Below, piece by piece: positions 20,580 to 30,868 of a stretch of 64,000 nt of DNA. The position numbers and the translations under genes were made by a program. Source of the stretch: an uncultured Chloroflexia bacterium (GTDB lineage: Bacteria > Chloroflexota > Limnocylindria > Limnocylindrales > CSP1-4); contig CAVVJT010000008.1 in assembly GCA_963748625.1 (NCBI GenBank), positions 64,001 through 128,000 on the forward strand. Direction: 5' to 3'. Below the pieces are notes generated by a model. It did no database searches, had not been told where the DNA came from, and saw nothing but the letters and a program-made list of their open reading frames with translations. The stretch's first letter is position 1. The number at the start of each line of letters is the position of its first letter.

Positions 20580-20737
20580 TGACACTCCGGGCATCAGCAG
20601 TGATGCCGCCCCGATGCCGACACACGCTCCCTCACCGAGACGGTGATGACACTCCGGGCATCGGCGAGTGGGTGGAGCGTTGCCGCCGGGGCCTCCACCG
20701 GCCGGCGGCCTCTCCGCCGCCATGCCCGGAGTGTCAT
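20580..20737. repeat. Palindromic mini-element: 16-bp perfect inverted repeats around 60 bp, plus a third direct copy
   Basis: ATGACACTCCGGGCAT at 20646-20661 and its reverse complement at 20722-20737; TGACACTCCGGGCATC at 20580-20595. Confidence 0.8.
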
Positions 20738-20794
20738 ATCGAATGTGGGAGTCTGTTCCTGTGGAGTTCGAGGCAGGGCGCCAGCTGCCGGTGG

Positions 20795-21247
20795 TCAGGC
20801 CCGCGGCTGCCGGTGGTCAGGCCCGCGGCTGCCGGTGGTGGCGCGCGGGGCCGCCAGGTCCGCCAGCGATGACGATGCGAGGTGCGCCAGCAGCGCCTCC
20901 TGGCCGAAGAAGAACACGTCGTGCACGTCGCAGAACCCGTCGAGCCCGCACGGTGCACCACGCAGGACGCACGCCTGCCGGCGCGAGTCCCCCTCGACCG
21001 CCTCGATCACCTCGAGGAGCGAGATCGACGATGACTCCCGCGCGAGCCGGTACCCGCCTGATCGCCCGGGTAGCGCCTCAACGAGCCCCGCCCGCTGGAG
21101 ATCGGTCAGCACCTGGGGCAGGAACCGCACCGGGATCCCCATTGCGTCCGAGATGCGGCGCGCCGAAAGCAGGCCGGGGCCGCCACGCGCGAGCGCAAGC
21201 ATGGCCCTCACCGCGTAGTCGCCGCGCTTGGTGAGCTCGAGTCGCAT
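20795..21247 (-). CDS. Rrf2 family Fe-S transcriptional regulator
   Basis: MRLELTKRGDYAVRAM, GRSGGYRLAR, ISLLEVIEAVEG, C-x6-C-x5-C-x2-H ligand set. Confidence 0.93.
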   Translation of the reverse strand: MRLELTKRGDYAVRAMLALARGGPGLLSARRISDAMGIPVRFLPQVLTDLQRAGLVEALPGRSGGYRLARESSSISLLEVIEAVEGDSRRQACVLRGAPCGLDGFCDVHDVFFFGQEALLAHLASSSLADLAAPRATTGSRGPDHRQPRA

Positions 21248-21387
21248 TCGCGCAGTATGCCGGTGCTCGTTGGCGCCCGTCGCCACGACGGGCGGCCGCC
21301 TGGTCGGGACACCTGCCGGGGATACCTGCTGGGGACGCCCCGGGGCCGCCCCGGGGCCGCCACGGCCACACCCGGTAGACTCCACGG

Positions 21388-22495
21388 ATGCCCCGCTTCA
21401 ACTACGGCGGTCAGGCGCTCATCGAGGGCGTCATGATGCGCGGTCGCGACGCCATCGCGGTCGCCCTGCGCCATCCCGACGGCCACATCGTCTTCGAGCA
21501 CGAGCGTCTCGACGCGGGCGCCGTCCACGGCCACAGGGCAGCCCGCTGGCCGTTCGTTCGTGGCCTGGTGATCCTCTACGAGCAGTTGGTCATCGGCACC
21601 CGGTGGCTGATCCGCAGCGCCGGCATCCAGGCCGAGGACGAAGGCGTCGAGATCGGCAAGGGCAGCGTCGCCCTCATGCTCGGCATCACCGCTGTCCTGG
21701 GCATCGGGCTCTTCTTCATCCTGCCCCTGCTCGTGGCCACCCTCACCGCGGGCTCCATCGAGAACGACTTCTGGCAGCACTTCGTCGAAGGCCTGACCCG
21801 GATCGTGATCTTCATCGGCTACCTGTGGGTCATCGGGCGCACGCCGGACATCCAGCGCGTGTTCATGTACCACGGTGCCGAGCACATGGCGATCCACACG
21901 CTCGAGGCCGGCGAGCCGCTCCGCCCGGAGTACGTCCGCACCCACCCCACGGCCCACCAGCGCTGTGGCACCGAGTTCCTGGTGGTCGTGATCCTGCTCT
22001 CGATCCTTGCCTTCAGCCTGGTCGGCCGGCAGTCCCCGTTGTTCATGATCGCCAGCCGGATCCTGCTGATCCCGGTCATCGCCAGCATCGGCTACGAGCT
22101 CCTCCGCCTGGGCGCCCGCCACCGGTCGAACCCCCTCGTGAAGGTGGTCATGTGGCCGGGGATCCTGGTCCAGAAGATCACCACGAAGCAGCCCACCGAC
22201 GACATGATCGAAGTCGCGATCGTCTCGCTGGAGGAGGCGATCAAGGCCGACGGTGACCCCGTCCCCGAGGGCGGCATGGACTACGCGCGCAGTGCGATGC
22301 CCAAGCCGGGCGAGCTCGCGGCCGCCCGCCAGGCGGGAGATGCCGAGGCCGACACCTCCGCCGAGGCCGACACCTCCGCCGAGGCCGACGGCTGCACCAC
22401 CAGCCGCCGACACCACCGCCGCCGCGGCCGACGCTGCACCACCAGCCGCCGACACCACCGCTGCCCCCACCGCGCAAGCCGCCATCGATGGCTGA
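21388..22495 (+). CDS. DUF1385 (YqhQ-like) membrane protein; frameshift in repetitive tail near 22390
   Basis: [26 protein letters not shown]; the alternative frame ends at 22495, overlapping the prfA start. Confidence 0.88.
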
Positions 22496-23594
22496 CGCCA
22501 ACCTCGACCCCAAGCTCGAGGCCCTGGCCCGCCAGTACGAGGAGGTCTCCGCGCTCCTCGCCACGCCCGAGGTCCACGCCGACCTGGACAGGCTTCGCAC
22601 CCTCGGCCGTGAGCTCGCGCGCCTGGAGCCCGTGGTTGCGGCCTGGAAGGAGCTGGGCGAGATCCGCAGTCAGCTCGACGGCGCCCGCCACATGCGCGAT
22701 TCCGAGCACGACGACGAGCTCAAGGCCATGGCCCGCGACGAGATCGCGGAGCTGGAGGGCCGCGAGGAGCAGCTCCTCGCCGACCTCAAGGTCGCCCTCA
22801 TCCCGCGCGATCCCAACGACGACCGCAACGTGATCGTGGAGATCCGGGCCGGCGCCGGCGGCGAGGAGGCGGCCCTGTTCGCGGCCGAGCTCCTGCGCAT
22901 GTACTCCCGCTACGCGCAGGAGCACAAGTTCCAGACCGACATCATGAGCCTCAACGAGACCGGCATCGGCGGCATCAAGGAGGCCATCCTCGAGGTCATC
23001 GGGGACGGCGCCTACAGCCGCCTCAAGTTCGAGGGCGGCGTCCACCGCGTCCAGCGCGTCCCGTCCACGGAGTCCAGCGGCCGCATCCACACCTCGACGG
23101 CCACGGTGATCGTGATGCCCGAGGCGGACGAGGTCGAGGTCTCCATCGACGAGGAGCGCGACCTCCGCATCGACGTCAAGCGCAGCTCCGGCCCGGGCGG
23201 CCAGTCGGTCAACACCACCGACTCCGCCGTGCGGATCACCCACCTGCCGACGGGGCTGGTGGTCGAGATCCAGGACGAGAAGAGCCAGCACAAGAACAAG
23301 GCCAAGGCCATGTCCGTGCTGCGCTCGCGCCTGTACGACCTGGAGCTGTCCAAGGCCCGCGAGCGCGACAGCGCCGCCCGCAAACTGATGGTCCAGGCCG
23401 GCGACCGCTCCGAGAAGATCCGGACCTACAACTTCCCGGACAACCGGGTCACGGACCACCGGATCGGGGCGACCATCCACAACGTCCCCGGCGTCCTCGA
23501 GGGCCAGCTGGACCCGCTCATCGACGCGCTCGTCATGGCCGACCAGGCCGACCGCCTCGCCGCCCTGACGGAGACGGATCCCGCCGCCTCCTGA
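22488..23594 (+). CDS. prfA: Peptide chain release factor 1
   Basis: [14 protein letters not shown] (PxT), [10 protein letters not shown]. Confidence 0.98.
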   Translation: MADANLDPKLEALARQYEEVSALLATPEVHADLDRLRTLGRELARLEPVVAAWKELGEIRSQLDGARHMRDSEHDDELKAMARDEIAELEGREEQLLADLKVALIPRDPNDDRNVIVEIRAGAGGEEAALFAAELLRMYSRYAQEHKFQTDIMSLNETGIGGIKEAILEVIGDGAYSRLKFEGGVHRVQRVPSTESSGRIHTSTATVIVMPEADEVEVSIDEERDLRIDVKRSSGPGGQSVNTTDSAVRITHLPTGLVVEIQDEKSQHKNKAKAMSVLRSRLYDLELSKARERDSAARKLMVQAGDRSEKIRTYNFPDNRVTDHRIGATIHNVPGVLEGQLDPLIDALVMADQADRLAALTETDPAAS

Positions 23595-23609
23595 CCCCGA
23601 GGACCGCTG

Positions 23610-24557
23610 ATGCCCGTGACCGTCGCCGCGCTCGTCGCCGACGCCACCTCACGCCTCGCGGCATCCGGCTCCTCCTCGCCCCGCCTGGACGCGGAGCTGC
23701 TGCTCGGGTTCGCGCTGGGTGTGGACCGCGTGGGGGTGATCGCCCATCCCGAGGCGCCGGTACCCCTGGGCGTCGCTGATGCCTTCGAGGCATACGTCGC
23801 GCGCCGGGAGCGCGGCGAGCCCGTCGCCTACATCCGCGGGTTCCGCGAGTTCCATGGCCTCGCGATCAGCACGGATGCCCGTGCCCTCATCCCGCGCCCC
23901 GAGACCGAGGAGCTCGTGGACGAGGCCGTCGCCGACATCGCGCGCCGCCTGACCGTCGCCCCGCGGCCGGCCGGGACCCCGCCGCTGCGGGTGGCCGACG
24001 TGGGCACCGGGTCGGGGGCGATCGCTGTCGCGCTGGTCGTCGCCCTGCGGCGGCGCCGCATGGACGCGTATGTCGAGGTGACGGCCATGGACATCTCGCC
24101 CGACGCGCTGGATCTCGCGAAGGAGAACGCCGTCGGGCACGGGGTTGCAGACCGGATGGCCTTCCGCGCGGGCGACCTGCTGGCTGGCGACCTGCCCGAA
24201 GGCGTCGACCTGCCCGAAGGCGTCGACCCCCGGTTCGACGTCGTCTGTGCGAACCTGCCCTACGTGGCGGCCGGGGTGATCGACGGACTCGCGCCGGAGC
24301 TGGGATTCGAGCCGCGCGGCGCCCTCGACGGGGGGCCGGACGGCCTCGACGTCATCCGCCGCCTGCTCGACCAATTGCCGCGCGGGCTGGCGGCCGATGG
24401 TGTGGCATTCCTCGAGATCGGGTCGGACCAGGGCGAGGCCATCGGCGCGGAGGTGGCGGCCCGCCTGCCGGGCTGGCGGTGCGAGGTCCTCGCCGACCTC
24501 GCGGGGCACCCGCGCGTGGCCCGGATCGAGCGCCACGCGCCGGTGTCGCCCGCATGA
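23610..24557 (+). CDS. prmC: Release factor glutamine methyltransferase
   Basis: ALIPRPETE, DVGTGSG, NLPY, ALDGGPDG. Confidence 0.96.
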   Translation: MPVTVAALVADATSRLAASGSSSPRLDAELLLGFALGVDRVGVIAHPEAPVPLGVADAFEAYVARRERGEPVAYIRGFREFHGLAISTDARALIPRPETEELVDEAVADIARRLTVAPRPAGTPPLRVADVGTGSGAIAVALVVALRRRRMDAYVEVTAMDISPDALDLAKENAVGHGVADRMAFRAGDLLAGDLPEGVDLPEGVDPRFDVVCANLPYVAAGVIDGLAPELGFEPRGALDGGPDGLDVIRRLLDQLPRGLAADGVAFLEIGSDQGEAIGAEVAARLPGWRCEVLADLAGHPRVARIERHAPVSPA

Positions 24558-25549
24558 GCGATCACCGGCCGGCCACCCGACCCGCACCCGAGTTCCCCAT
24601 CCGGATGCTCGCGCTCGACATCGACGGCACGATCGTGGGCCATGACGTCGCCCTGACCGAGCGGACCATCGCGGCCATCGGGGAGGCCGTCCGGCGCGGC
24701 GTGCGGGTGAGCCTCGCGACCGGCCGGACGCCCGGATCCGCGGTGGTCTTCGCGACCCGCCTTGGCCTGGTGGAACCGATCGTCGGCCACCAGGGCGCCG
24801 TCATGCGGGCTATGCCGGCGCCGGACGTGCAGGCGGACGTCCAGATGCTCGCGTCGGGCGCCGTCCGCGGCCGGGTCGGCAGGCTCCTGTACCACCGGCC
24901 GATGGCCGCCGACACGGTCCGCGAGGCCCTGGCCTGGTGCTGGGCGAACGACCTCCAGCCGCACATCAACCACCTCGAGCGGGTGCTGGTCCAGGACGAC
25001 GATCCGCACTTCGAGGACTACTCCAACTACTTCGGCAAGCGCGCCGAGACCTACCCGGACCTGATCGCGGCGATCCGCACGCCCCAGTCCAAGGTGATTT
25101 CGGTGGGGGAGCCGCCGCGGCCGATGGAGCTCATCGGGGTGGCGCGCCGGCTGTTCGCAGGGCGGGCATGGCCCACCGTGTCGCACCCGCGGTTCCTGGA
25201 ATTCGTGGCGCCCGGTGTGTCCAAGGGGCACGCGGTCGCGCTGCTGGCGAGGCGCGCGGGCATCCCGATGGGCCAGGTGATGACGATGGGCGACGCGCTC
25301 AACGACTACGAGATGATCGTGGCGGCGGGCCACGGGACGGCGATGGCCACGGCACCGGCCGAGGTGCGGTCCGTCGCGCGCTACATCGCGCCGCCGGTCG
25401 CGGACGACGGATCCGCAGCCCTGATCGAGGCGCTGGTGCTGGCCTCGCCCGCCGAGGCGCGGCGCAACGCGGCCCGCCTGGAGGAGGAGGCACGGGCCTT
25501 GCGCGACGGGCCGGGGGTGGCGGCCCACGACGGGATGCCCCGCGCATGA
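24554..25549 (+). CDS. Cof-type HAD-IIB hydrolase
   Basis: ALDIDGT, ATGR, GVSKG, GDALND; ATG overlaps the prmC stop. Confidence 0.92.
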   Translation: MSDHRPATRPAPEFPIRMLALDIDGTIVGHDVALTERTIAAIGEAVRRGVRVSLATGRTPGSAVVFATRLGLVEPIVGHQGAVMRAMPAPDVQADVQMLASGAVRGRVGRLLYHRPMAADTVREALAWCWANDLQPHINHLERVLVQDDDPHFEDYSNYFGKRAETYPDLIAAIRTPQSKVISVGEPPRPMELIGVARRLFAGRAWPTVSHPRFLEFVAPGVSKGHAVALLARRAGIPMGQVMTMGDALNDYEMIVAAGHGTAMATAPAEVRSVARYIAPPVADDGSAALIEALVLASPAEARRNAARLEEEARALRDGPGVAAHDGMPRA

Positions 25550-26208
25550 CCGGCTCCCGATCCGCCCGCATCCTCCCCGATGGCGACGCCGCCCGCGCCG
25601 AGGCGGTGGAGCTGCTCCGGGCGGGTCGCATCGTCGCCGTCCCCACGGACACGGTCTACGGGATCGCTGCCGACATGGCGCTGCCCGATGCGATCGAGCG
25701 CCTGTTCGCCGCCAAGCAGCGGCCTCCCGAGAAAGCCGTCGCCGTTCTCCTGGCCGACATCGACCAGGCGTGGGGGTTGGGCGTTGGCTCACCCGCAGCC
25801 CGGGTGCTGGCCGAGCGGTTCTGGCCCGGCGGCCTGACGCTCGTCCTCCCGATCCAGCCCGGCGTGAACCTGCCGCGCGTGCTGGCCGCCGGCACACCGA
25901 CCATCGGCGTCCGGGTGCCCGACCACCACGCGCCGCGCGCGGTCGCCCGCGTGCTCGGGCCGCTGCCCACCACCTCGGCGAACGTGTCCGGCCTGCCCGA
26001 CCTGCGTGATGCCCGCGAGATCGCCGAGCGCCTGGGGGACGCGATCGCACTCGTCCTCGACGGCGGACCAATCTCGGGCGGTCCCGCCTCCACGGTGGTG
26101 GACTGCACGCTCGAGTGGCCGTCGATCCTGCGCGAGGGCGCCATCCCGGCTGCGGCGATCGTGGAGGCGCTCGAGGTCGAGCGGATCCGGCACGCGATCG
26201 AGCTGTAG
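25546..26208 (+). CDS. tsaC: L-threonylcarbamoyladenylate synthase (Sua5/YrdC)
   Basis: VPTDTVYG, KQRP, FWPGGLT, TSANVSG, ASTVVD, LREGAI. Confidence 0.94.
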   Translation: MTGSRSARILPDGDAARAEAVELLRAGRIVAVPTDTVYGIAADMALPDAIERLFAAKQRPPEKAVAVLLADIDQAWGLGVGSPAARVLAERFWPGGLTLVLPIQPGVNLPRVLAAGTPTIGVRVPDHHAPRAVARVLGPLPTTSANVSGLPDLRDAREIAERLGDAIALVLDGGPISGGPASTVVDCTLEWPSILREGAIPAAAIVEALEVERIRHAIEL

Positions 26209-26219
26209 CGCGTCGCCCT

Positions 26220-26867
26220 CTACGTCGCGGGGCCGCTGATCACCACCGTCTCGAGCGTGGGCGTCAGGCGCGTTCGCGATCCCGGCAGGGCGGCGCGGTA
26301 CTCGGCGTTCGTCCGCCAGACGGTCCCGCCCGAAGGGAAGTTCGGGTCGGCGCTGGCGCGCTGCCGGTCCCCGTGGAGGTTGAACGTCCGGATGAGCGCC
26401 CGCTGGACCTGTCGCGGGAGCACCGGGAAGAACGGCACGTGATAGTGCGGCTCCAGCCATGCGTAGCGGTAGGGGACGATGAGCGCCCACTGCCGCCCGA
26501 TCCGCCGGATTGCCGCGGTCGCACGGGCGAAGTCCTCCGGGTCGGTGACGTGCTCCAGCATGCCCACCGAGATCACGAGGTCGAACTCGCCGTCGGCGAA
26601 GATGGACAGGTCCGTCGCCGAGCCCCGCCGGTAGGTGAAGCCCGGGTGGTCGTGGCTGACCTTCGACACCGGGAACAAGTCCACCCCGACGATGGTCCAG
26701 CTCGACGGCGCGAAGTCGGACACGGAGCGGCCGCTGTGGCCGCAGCCAAGGTCCAGCACCCGCATCCCTTCCCACGTGCGCACCTGGCCGACCAGGAACT
26801 GGAACCTGGAGCGCCGGCGCGCCTGGAGGAGACGCCGCATCGGCCACGAGCGGTTGTCGTTCGGCAT
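26220..26867 (-). CDS. Class I SAM-dependent methyltransferase
   Basis: VLDLGCG, FDLVIS..LEHV, EPHYHVPFF. Confidence 0.85.
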   Translation of the reverse strand: MPNDNRSWPMRRLLQARRRSRFQFLVGQVRTWEGMRVLDLGCGHSGRSVSDFAPSSWTIVGVDLFPVSKVSHDHPGFTYRRGSATDLSIFADGEFDLVISVGMLEHVTDPEDFARATAAIRRIGRQWALIVPYRYAWLEPHYHVPFFPVLPRQVQRALIRTFNLHGDRQRASADPNFPSGGTVWRTNAEYRAALPGSRTRLTPTLETVVISGPAT

Positions 26868-27055
26868 GGCTCCACCCCTTGCGATGTGCCCACCCGGAGA
26901 CGGCGGCGTACCCCGTCCCGTGACGCCGGCCGCGGCGGGGTGCCCATCCCGCGGTCGTCGGAGCACAGGGGTCCGCATGTGTGACCCTACCCCTTCCGGG
27001 CATGGGAGAATGGGAGCCGACGTTTCCGCGCCAGTCACCCCGAGGAGGCTCCGCC

Positions 27056-28390
27056 GTGTCCCACGCCGCCCCGTCCACCGCATGGGCGTCCATCGCCGAG
27101 GTGGATCCTGACCTGTGGGCTGCGATGGAGGCCGAGCGCCATCGCCAGGCGGACAAGATCGAGCTCATCGCGAGCGAGAACTACACCTATGCCGCCGTCA
27201 ACGAGGCGCAGGGCAGCTGGCTGACGAACAAGTACGCCGAGGGCCTGCCCGGCAAGCGCTACTACGGCGGCTGCGAGCACGTGGACGTGGTGGAGGACCT
27301 GACCCGCCAGCGCGCCCTCGCCCTCTTCCCCGGCGCAGATCACGTCAACGTCCAGCCCCACTCGGGTGCCCAGGCCAACATGGCGGCCTACTTTGCGGTG
27401 CTCAAGCCGGGCGACCGGATCCTGGGCATGAACCTTGCCCACGGCGGCCACCTCACCCACGGCTCCCCGGTGAACTTCTCGGGCAAGCTGTACGAGGTCC
27501 ACGCGTACGGCGTCGACCGCGTGACGGAGCAGATCGACTACGACGTCATCGCCGCCCAGGCCGAGGCCGTGCGACCCAAGGTCTTGGTCGCGGGCGCGTC
27601 CGCCTATCCCCGCACCTGGGACTTCGAGCGGCTCGGCGCCATCGCCCATGGGGTCGGCGCGCTGCTCTTCGTGGACATGGCCCACGTGGCCGGTCTCGTC
27701 GCGGCGGGCCTTCACCCGAGCCCGTTCCCGCACGCGGATCTCGTGACCACCACCACGCACAAGACCCTGCGCGGCCCGAGGGGCGGCCTCCTGTTCGCCC
27801 GCGCCGATCTGCCGGAAGGCGTGGATCGCGCGGACTTCCCGGCGCTGGGCAAGAACACGCTTGCCGCCGCCATCGACAAGTCCGTCTTCCCGGGCGTCCA
27901 GGGTGGTCCGCTCATGCACGTCATCGCCGCCAAGGGCGTGGCGCTCCACCTGGCCCAGACCGATGGCTTCCGTGAGGACCAGGCCCGCACCGTGGAGAAC
28001 GCCCGCGTGCTCGCCGAGACCCTCGCGTCAGCCGGTGCCCGCCTGGTGTCCGGCGGCACGGACAACCACCTCGCCCTGGTGGACGTCACCCCGATGGGCG
28101 TCACCGGCCGCGAGGCCGAGGTGCTGCTCGACGACGTCGGGATCACCGTGAACAAGAACGCGATCCCCTTCGACCAGAACCCGCCGAACATCGCGTCGGG
28201 GATCCGGATCGGCACACCGGCGACCACCACCCGCGGCATGGGTCCTGACGAGATGCGCCTGATCGGCGCCTGGATCGTGGAGGCCCTGCGCGAGCGCGAG
28301 TCGGCGGCGGTCCACGAGCGCATCCGGGGCGAGATCCGCGACCTCGTCGCGCAGTTCCCGGTCCCCGGCCTCCCGCGCGACCGCGCGTAG
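27056..28390 (+). CDS. glyA: Serine hydroxymethyltransferase
   Basis: [36 protein letters not shown]; GTG start with GAGGAGG. Confidence 0.98.
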   Translation: MSHAAPSTAWASIAEVDPDLWAAMEAERHRQADKIELIASENYTYAAVNEAQGSWLTNKYAEGLPGKRYYGGCEHVDVVEDLTRQRALALFPGADHVNVQPHSGAQANMAAYFAVLKPGDRILGMNLAHGGHLTHGSPVNFSGKLYEVHAYGVDRVTEQIDYDVIAAQAEAVRPKVLVAGASAYPRTWDFERLGAIAHGVGALLFVDMAHVAGLVAAGLHPSPFPHADLVTTTTHKTLRGPRGGLLFARADLPEGVDRADFPALGKNTLAAAIDKSVFPGVQGGPLMHVIAAKGVALHLAQTDGFREDQARTVENARVLAETLASAGARLVSGGTDNHLALVDVTPMGVTGREAEVLLDDVGITVNKNAIPFDQNPPNIASGIRIGTPATTTRGMGPDEMRLIGAWIVEALRERESAAVHERIRGEIRDLVAQFPVPGLPRDRA

Positions 28391-28426
28391 CGCGCCCGCG
28401 AGCATGACGCAGGGGCGAGTGGGCCG

Positions 28427-29694
28427 ATGAAGCTGATCCCCAGCTTCAGCGACGCGCTCCCGTTCTTCGTCGCGGCCTTCGTGGCGGCGGCGCTGCTCGC
28501 GCTGCTCCTCACCCCGCTCGTGCGGCGGGTGGCGATCCGCCTGGGCAACATCGACCAGCCCGACCACCGCCGCGTCAACGCCCAGCCCATCCCGCGTGGC
28601 GGGGGTGTCGCCGTGGCCGTCGCGTTCCTGGCGGTGACCCTGGGCGGCATGGCCCTCAACACCCAGACCGGCGTTATCGCGATCCCGCGGACCCTTGGTC
28701 CCGAGGAGCTCGTCGCCCTGTTCGCGGGCGGTGCCCTGGCCACGGTGCTGGGGGTGCTCGACGACACCTGGCAGCTGCGCGCACGCTGGCAGTTCGGCGG
28801 CCAGCTCGCGCTCGCACTGCTCGCGGTGGCCGCCGGCATCACGGTCACGTACATCAACAACCCGCTCGGGCCGGGCAGCATCAACCTGTCGGGGATCTTC
28901 GCCGTGGGGTTCACGGTGCTGTGGATCGTGGGGATGATCAACAGCATCAACTTCATCGACGGCCTTGACGGGCTCTCGTCGGGCATCGCCCTGATCGCGG
29001 CCATGACGCTGGGGCTGATCTCGCTCACGACGGCCGTGGCCCAGCCGTTCATCGGGATCCTGTGCTTTGCGCTCGCGGGGTCGCTGCTGGGCTTCCTGCG
29101 CTGGAACTTCCACCCGGCCTCGATCTTCATCGGGACGAGCGGGGTGATGTTCGTGGGCTACACGCTCGCGATCCTCTCGATCCTGGGCACCGCCAAGGTG
29201 GCCGTCGCGCTCCTCGTGCTGGGCGTGCCCATCATCGACACCTTCTGGATCATCGTCCGGCGGCTTGCGACGGGCCACTCGCCGTTCACCCCGGACCGCG
29301 GCCACATCCACCATCGGCTGCTGGGTCTCGGCCTCTCGCACAGTCAGACGGTGCTGGTCATCTACGCCCTGTGCATTGGCCTCGCGGCGCTGACCTTCGT
29401 ACTCTCGGGCACGGGCCAGCTCTACGCGTTCATGGGTCTTGGGGTCCTGTTCGGCCTGGTCCTGTTCGTGGCAACGCGCGGCGAGACGGGCGATGCGCTG
29501 GAAGCCGAGACGTACGACGGCCAAGAGTCGGGCGACACCAAGGCCGATGCCGACCGCCCGGCCGAAGGCGACACCAGGCCGATGCCGACCGCCCGGCCGA
29601 AGGCGACACCACGGCCGATGCCGACCGCCCGGCCGAAGGCGACACCACCGCCGATGCCGACACCGCGACCCCTGGAGATGACCCGGCCCGCTGA
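28427..29694 (+). CDS. Undecaprenyl-phosphate GlcNAc-1-P transferase (TagO/WecA, glycosyltransferase family 4); frameshift in tail repeat near 29576
   Basis: PRGGG, GVLDD, NFIDGLDGL, NFHPASIF, DRGHIHHRL. The correct-frame tail (ADADRPAEGDT repeats) ends at 29694. Confidence 0.9.
29543..29662 (+). repeat. About 33-bp tandem repeat, three and a half copies, in the TagO tail
   Basis: Unit GCCGATGCCGACCGCCCGGCCGAAGGCGACACC. Confidence 0.85.
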
Positions 29695-29779
29695 CGACCT
29701 GCCACCGGGAACTGGGGCGCCTGAGGGTGCGGTGTTAGCATCCCGCTCGCCGGCATCAATGCCGGTGGCCTGAGGTTCC

Positions 29780-30793
29780 ATGCAGCCGTTCATCATCGCC
29801 GCTCTCGTCATCCTGGCCATCGTCGCGGCTGGGACGCTGGTGGTGCTCACGCGCCACCGGCACCGGGGCGAGGACGCCGCGGCCAAGGAGCTGGCGCTCC
29901 TCCAGATGACCCAGGACGAGATCGCCTACCGGATCGGCATCTCCGACCGCCCGATGCAGACGGGCCTGATCGCCGCCGTGTCCGAGACCGCCGTGTCCGA
30001 GACCGCCGCACTCGCCCAGACTGACCAGCTGATCGCGGACGCGGAGGAGCAGGGGATCGAGCCACAGCCGGTCGCCGTGGCGGTCTCCGCAGTCGGGGTC
30101 ACCTCGGCCGGTGCCGCCCGAGAGGTGGCGGATTCGCGTCGGTACCGCCTCTGGCGGGACTCCGCGGCCGTCCTGCTCACGGTCAGCCTGCTGCTTCTCG
30201 CGGTGACGACGTTCGCGCCCGGGCTCCTGGGCGGGACGACCGCCACGCCCGAGCCGTCCGCGATCGCCGTGGTGGAGACGCCGGAGCCGACGGACGAGCC
30301 GACCCCGACCCCGTCACCGACCCCGTCGCCTTCGCCCAGTCCGACGCCGAGTCCGTCCCCGAGCCCTTCGCCGTCACCGACCCCGTCACCAACGCCCAGT
30401 CCCTCGCCGTCCCCGACGGCCGCGCCCACGCCCAAGCCGACGCCCAGGCGCACCCCTCGCCCGACCCCGCGCCCGACGCCCAGACCCACCCCGAAACCCA
30501 CACCCAAGCCGACGCCCAAGCCGACGCCCAAGCCCACGCCGAAGCCAGTGGCGAAGCTCAGCCTGGGGATCTCCTGCGTCAACTCCACGACGGTGCGGTA
30601 CACGGCAGCCACGAGCGGGGTCTCGGTGAAGCGCTACGAATGGTTCTTCGACTTCACGGGCAACCCGGGGACGAAGTCGGTGACATGGGACTTCGGTGGC
30701 CCGACGGATGCCGGCAGCATTGTCGTCGTCAAGGTCTACTTCACGAATGGCGCTGTGAGGTCGGAGAGCGGGGCGACGCCTTCCTGCAATTGA
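29780..30793 (+). CDS. Two-TM protein with Pro/Thr/Ser/Lys-rich stalk and small C-terminal beta (PKD-like) domain
   Basis: N-terminal TM, second TM, (PT/PS)n-(PKPT)n linker, [12 protein letters not shown], two Cys; TGnTAGCAT promoter at 29733-29741. Confidence 0.8.
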   Translation: MQPFIIAALVILAIVAAGTLVVLTRHRHRGEDAAAKELALLQMTQDEIAYRIGISDRPMQTGLIAAVSETAVSETAALAQTDQLIADAEEQGIEPQPVAVAVSAVGVTSAGAAREVADSRRYRLWRDSAAVLLTVSLLLLAVTTFAPGLLGGTTATPEPSAIAVVETPEPTDEPTPTPSPTPSPSPSPTPSPSPSPSPSPTPSPTPSPSPSPTAAPTPKPTPRRTPRPTPRPTPRPTPKPTPKPTPKPTPKPTPKPVAKLSLGISCVNSTTVRYTAATSGVSVKRYEWFFDFTGNPGTKSVTWDFGGPTDAGSIVVVKVYFTNGAVRSESGATPSCN

Positions 30794-30868
30794 CGCATGC
30801 CATCGCGGCCCTGCCGCATAGGTGCAGCGAGCGGGCCCTCGATACGCACACCCGTCCAGTAGCGCGTA

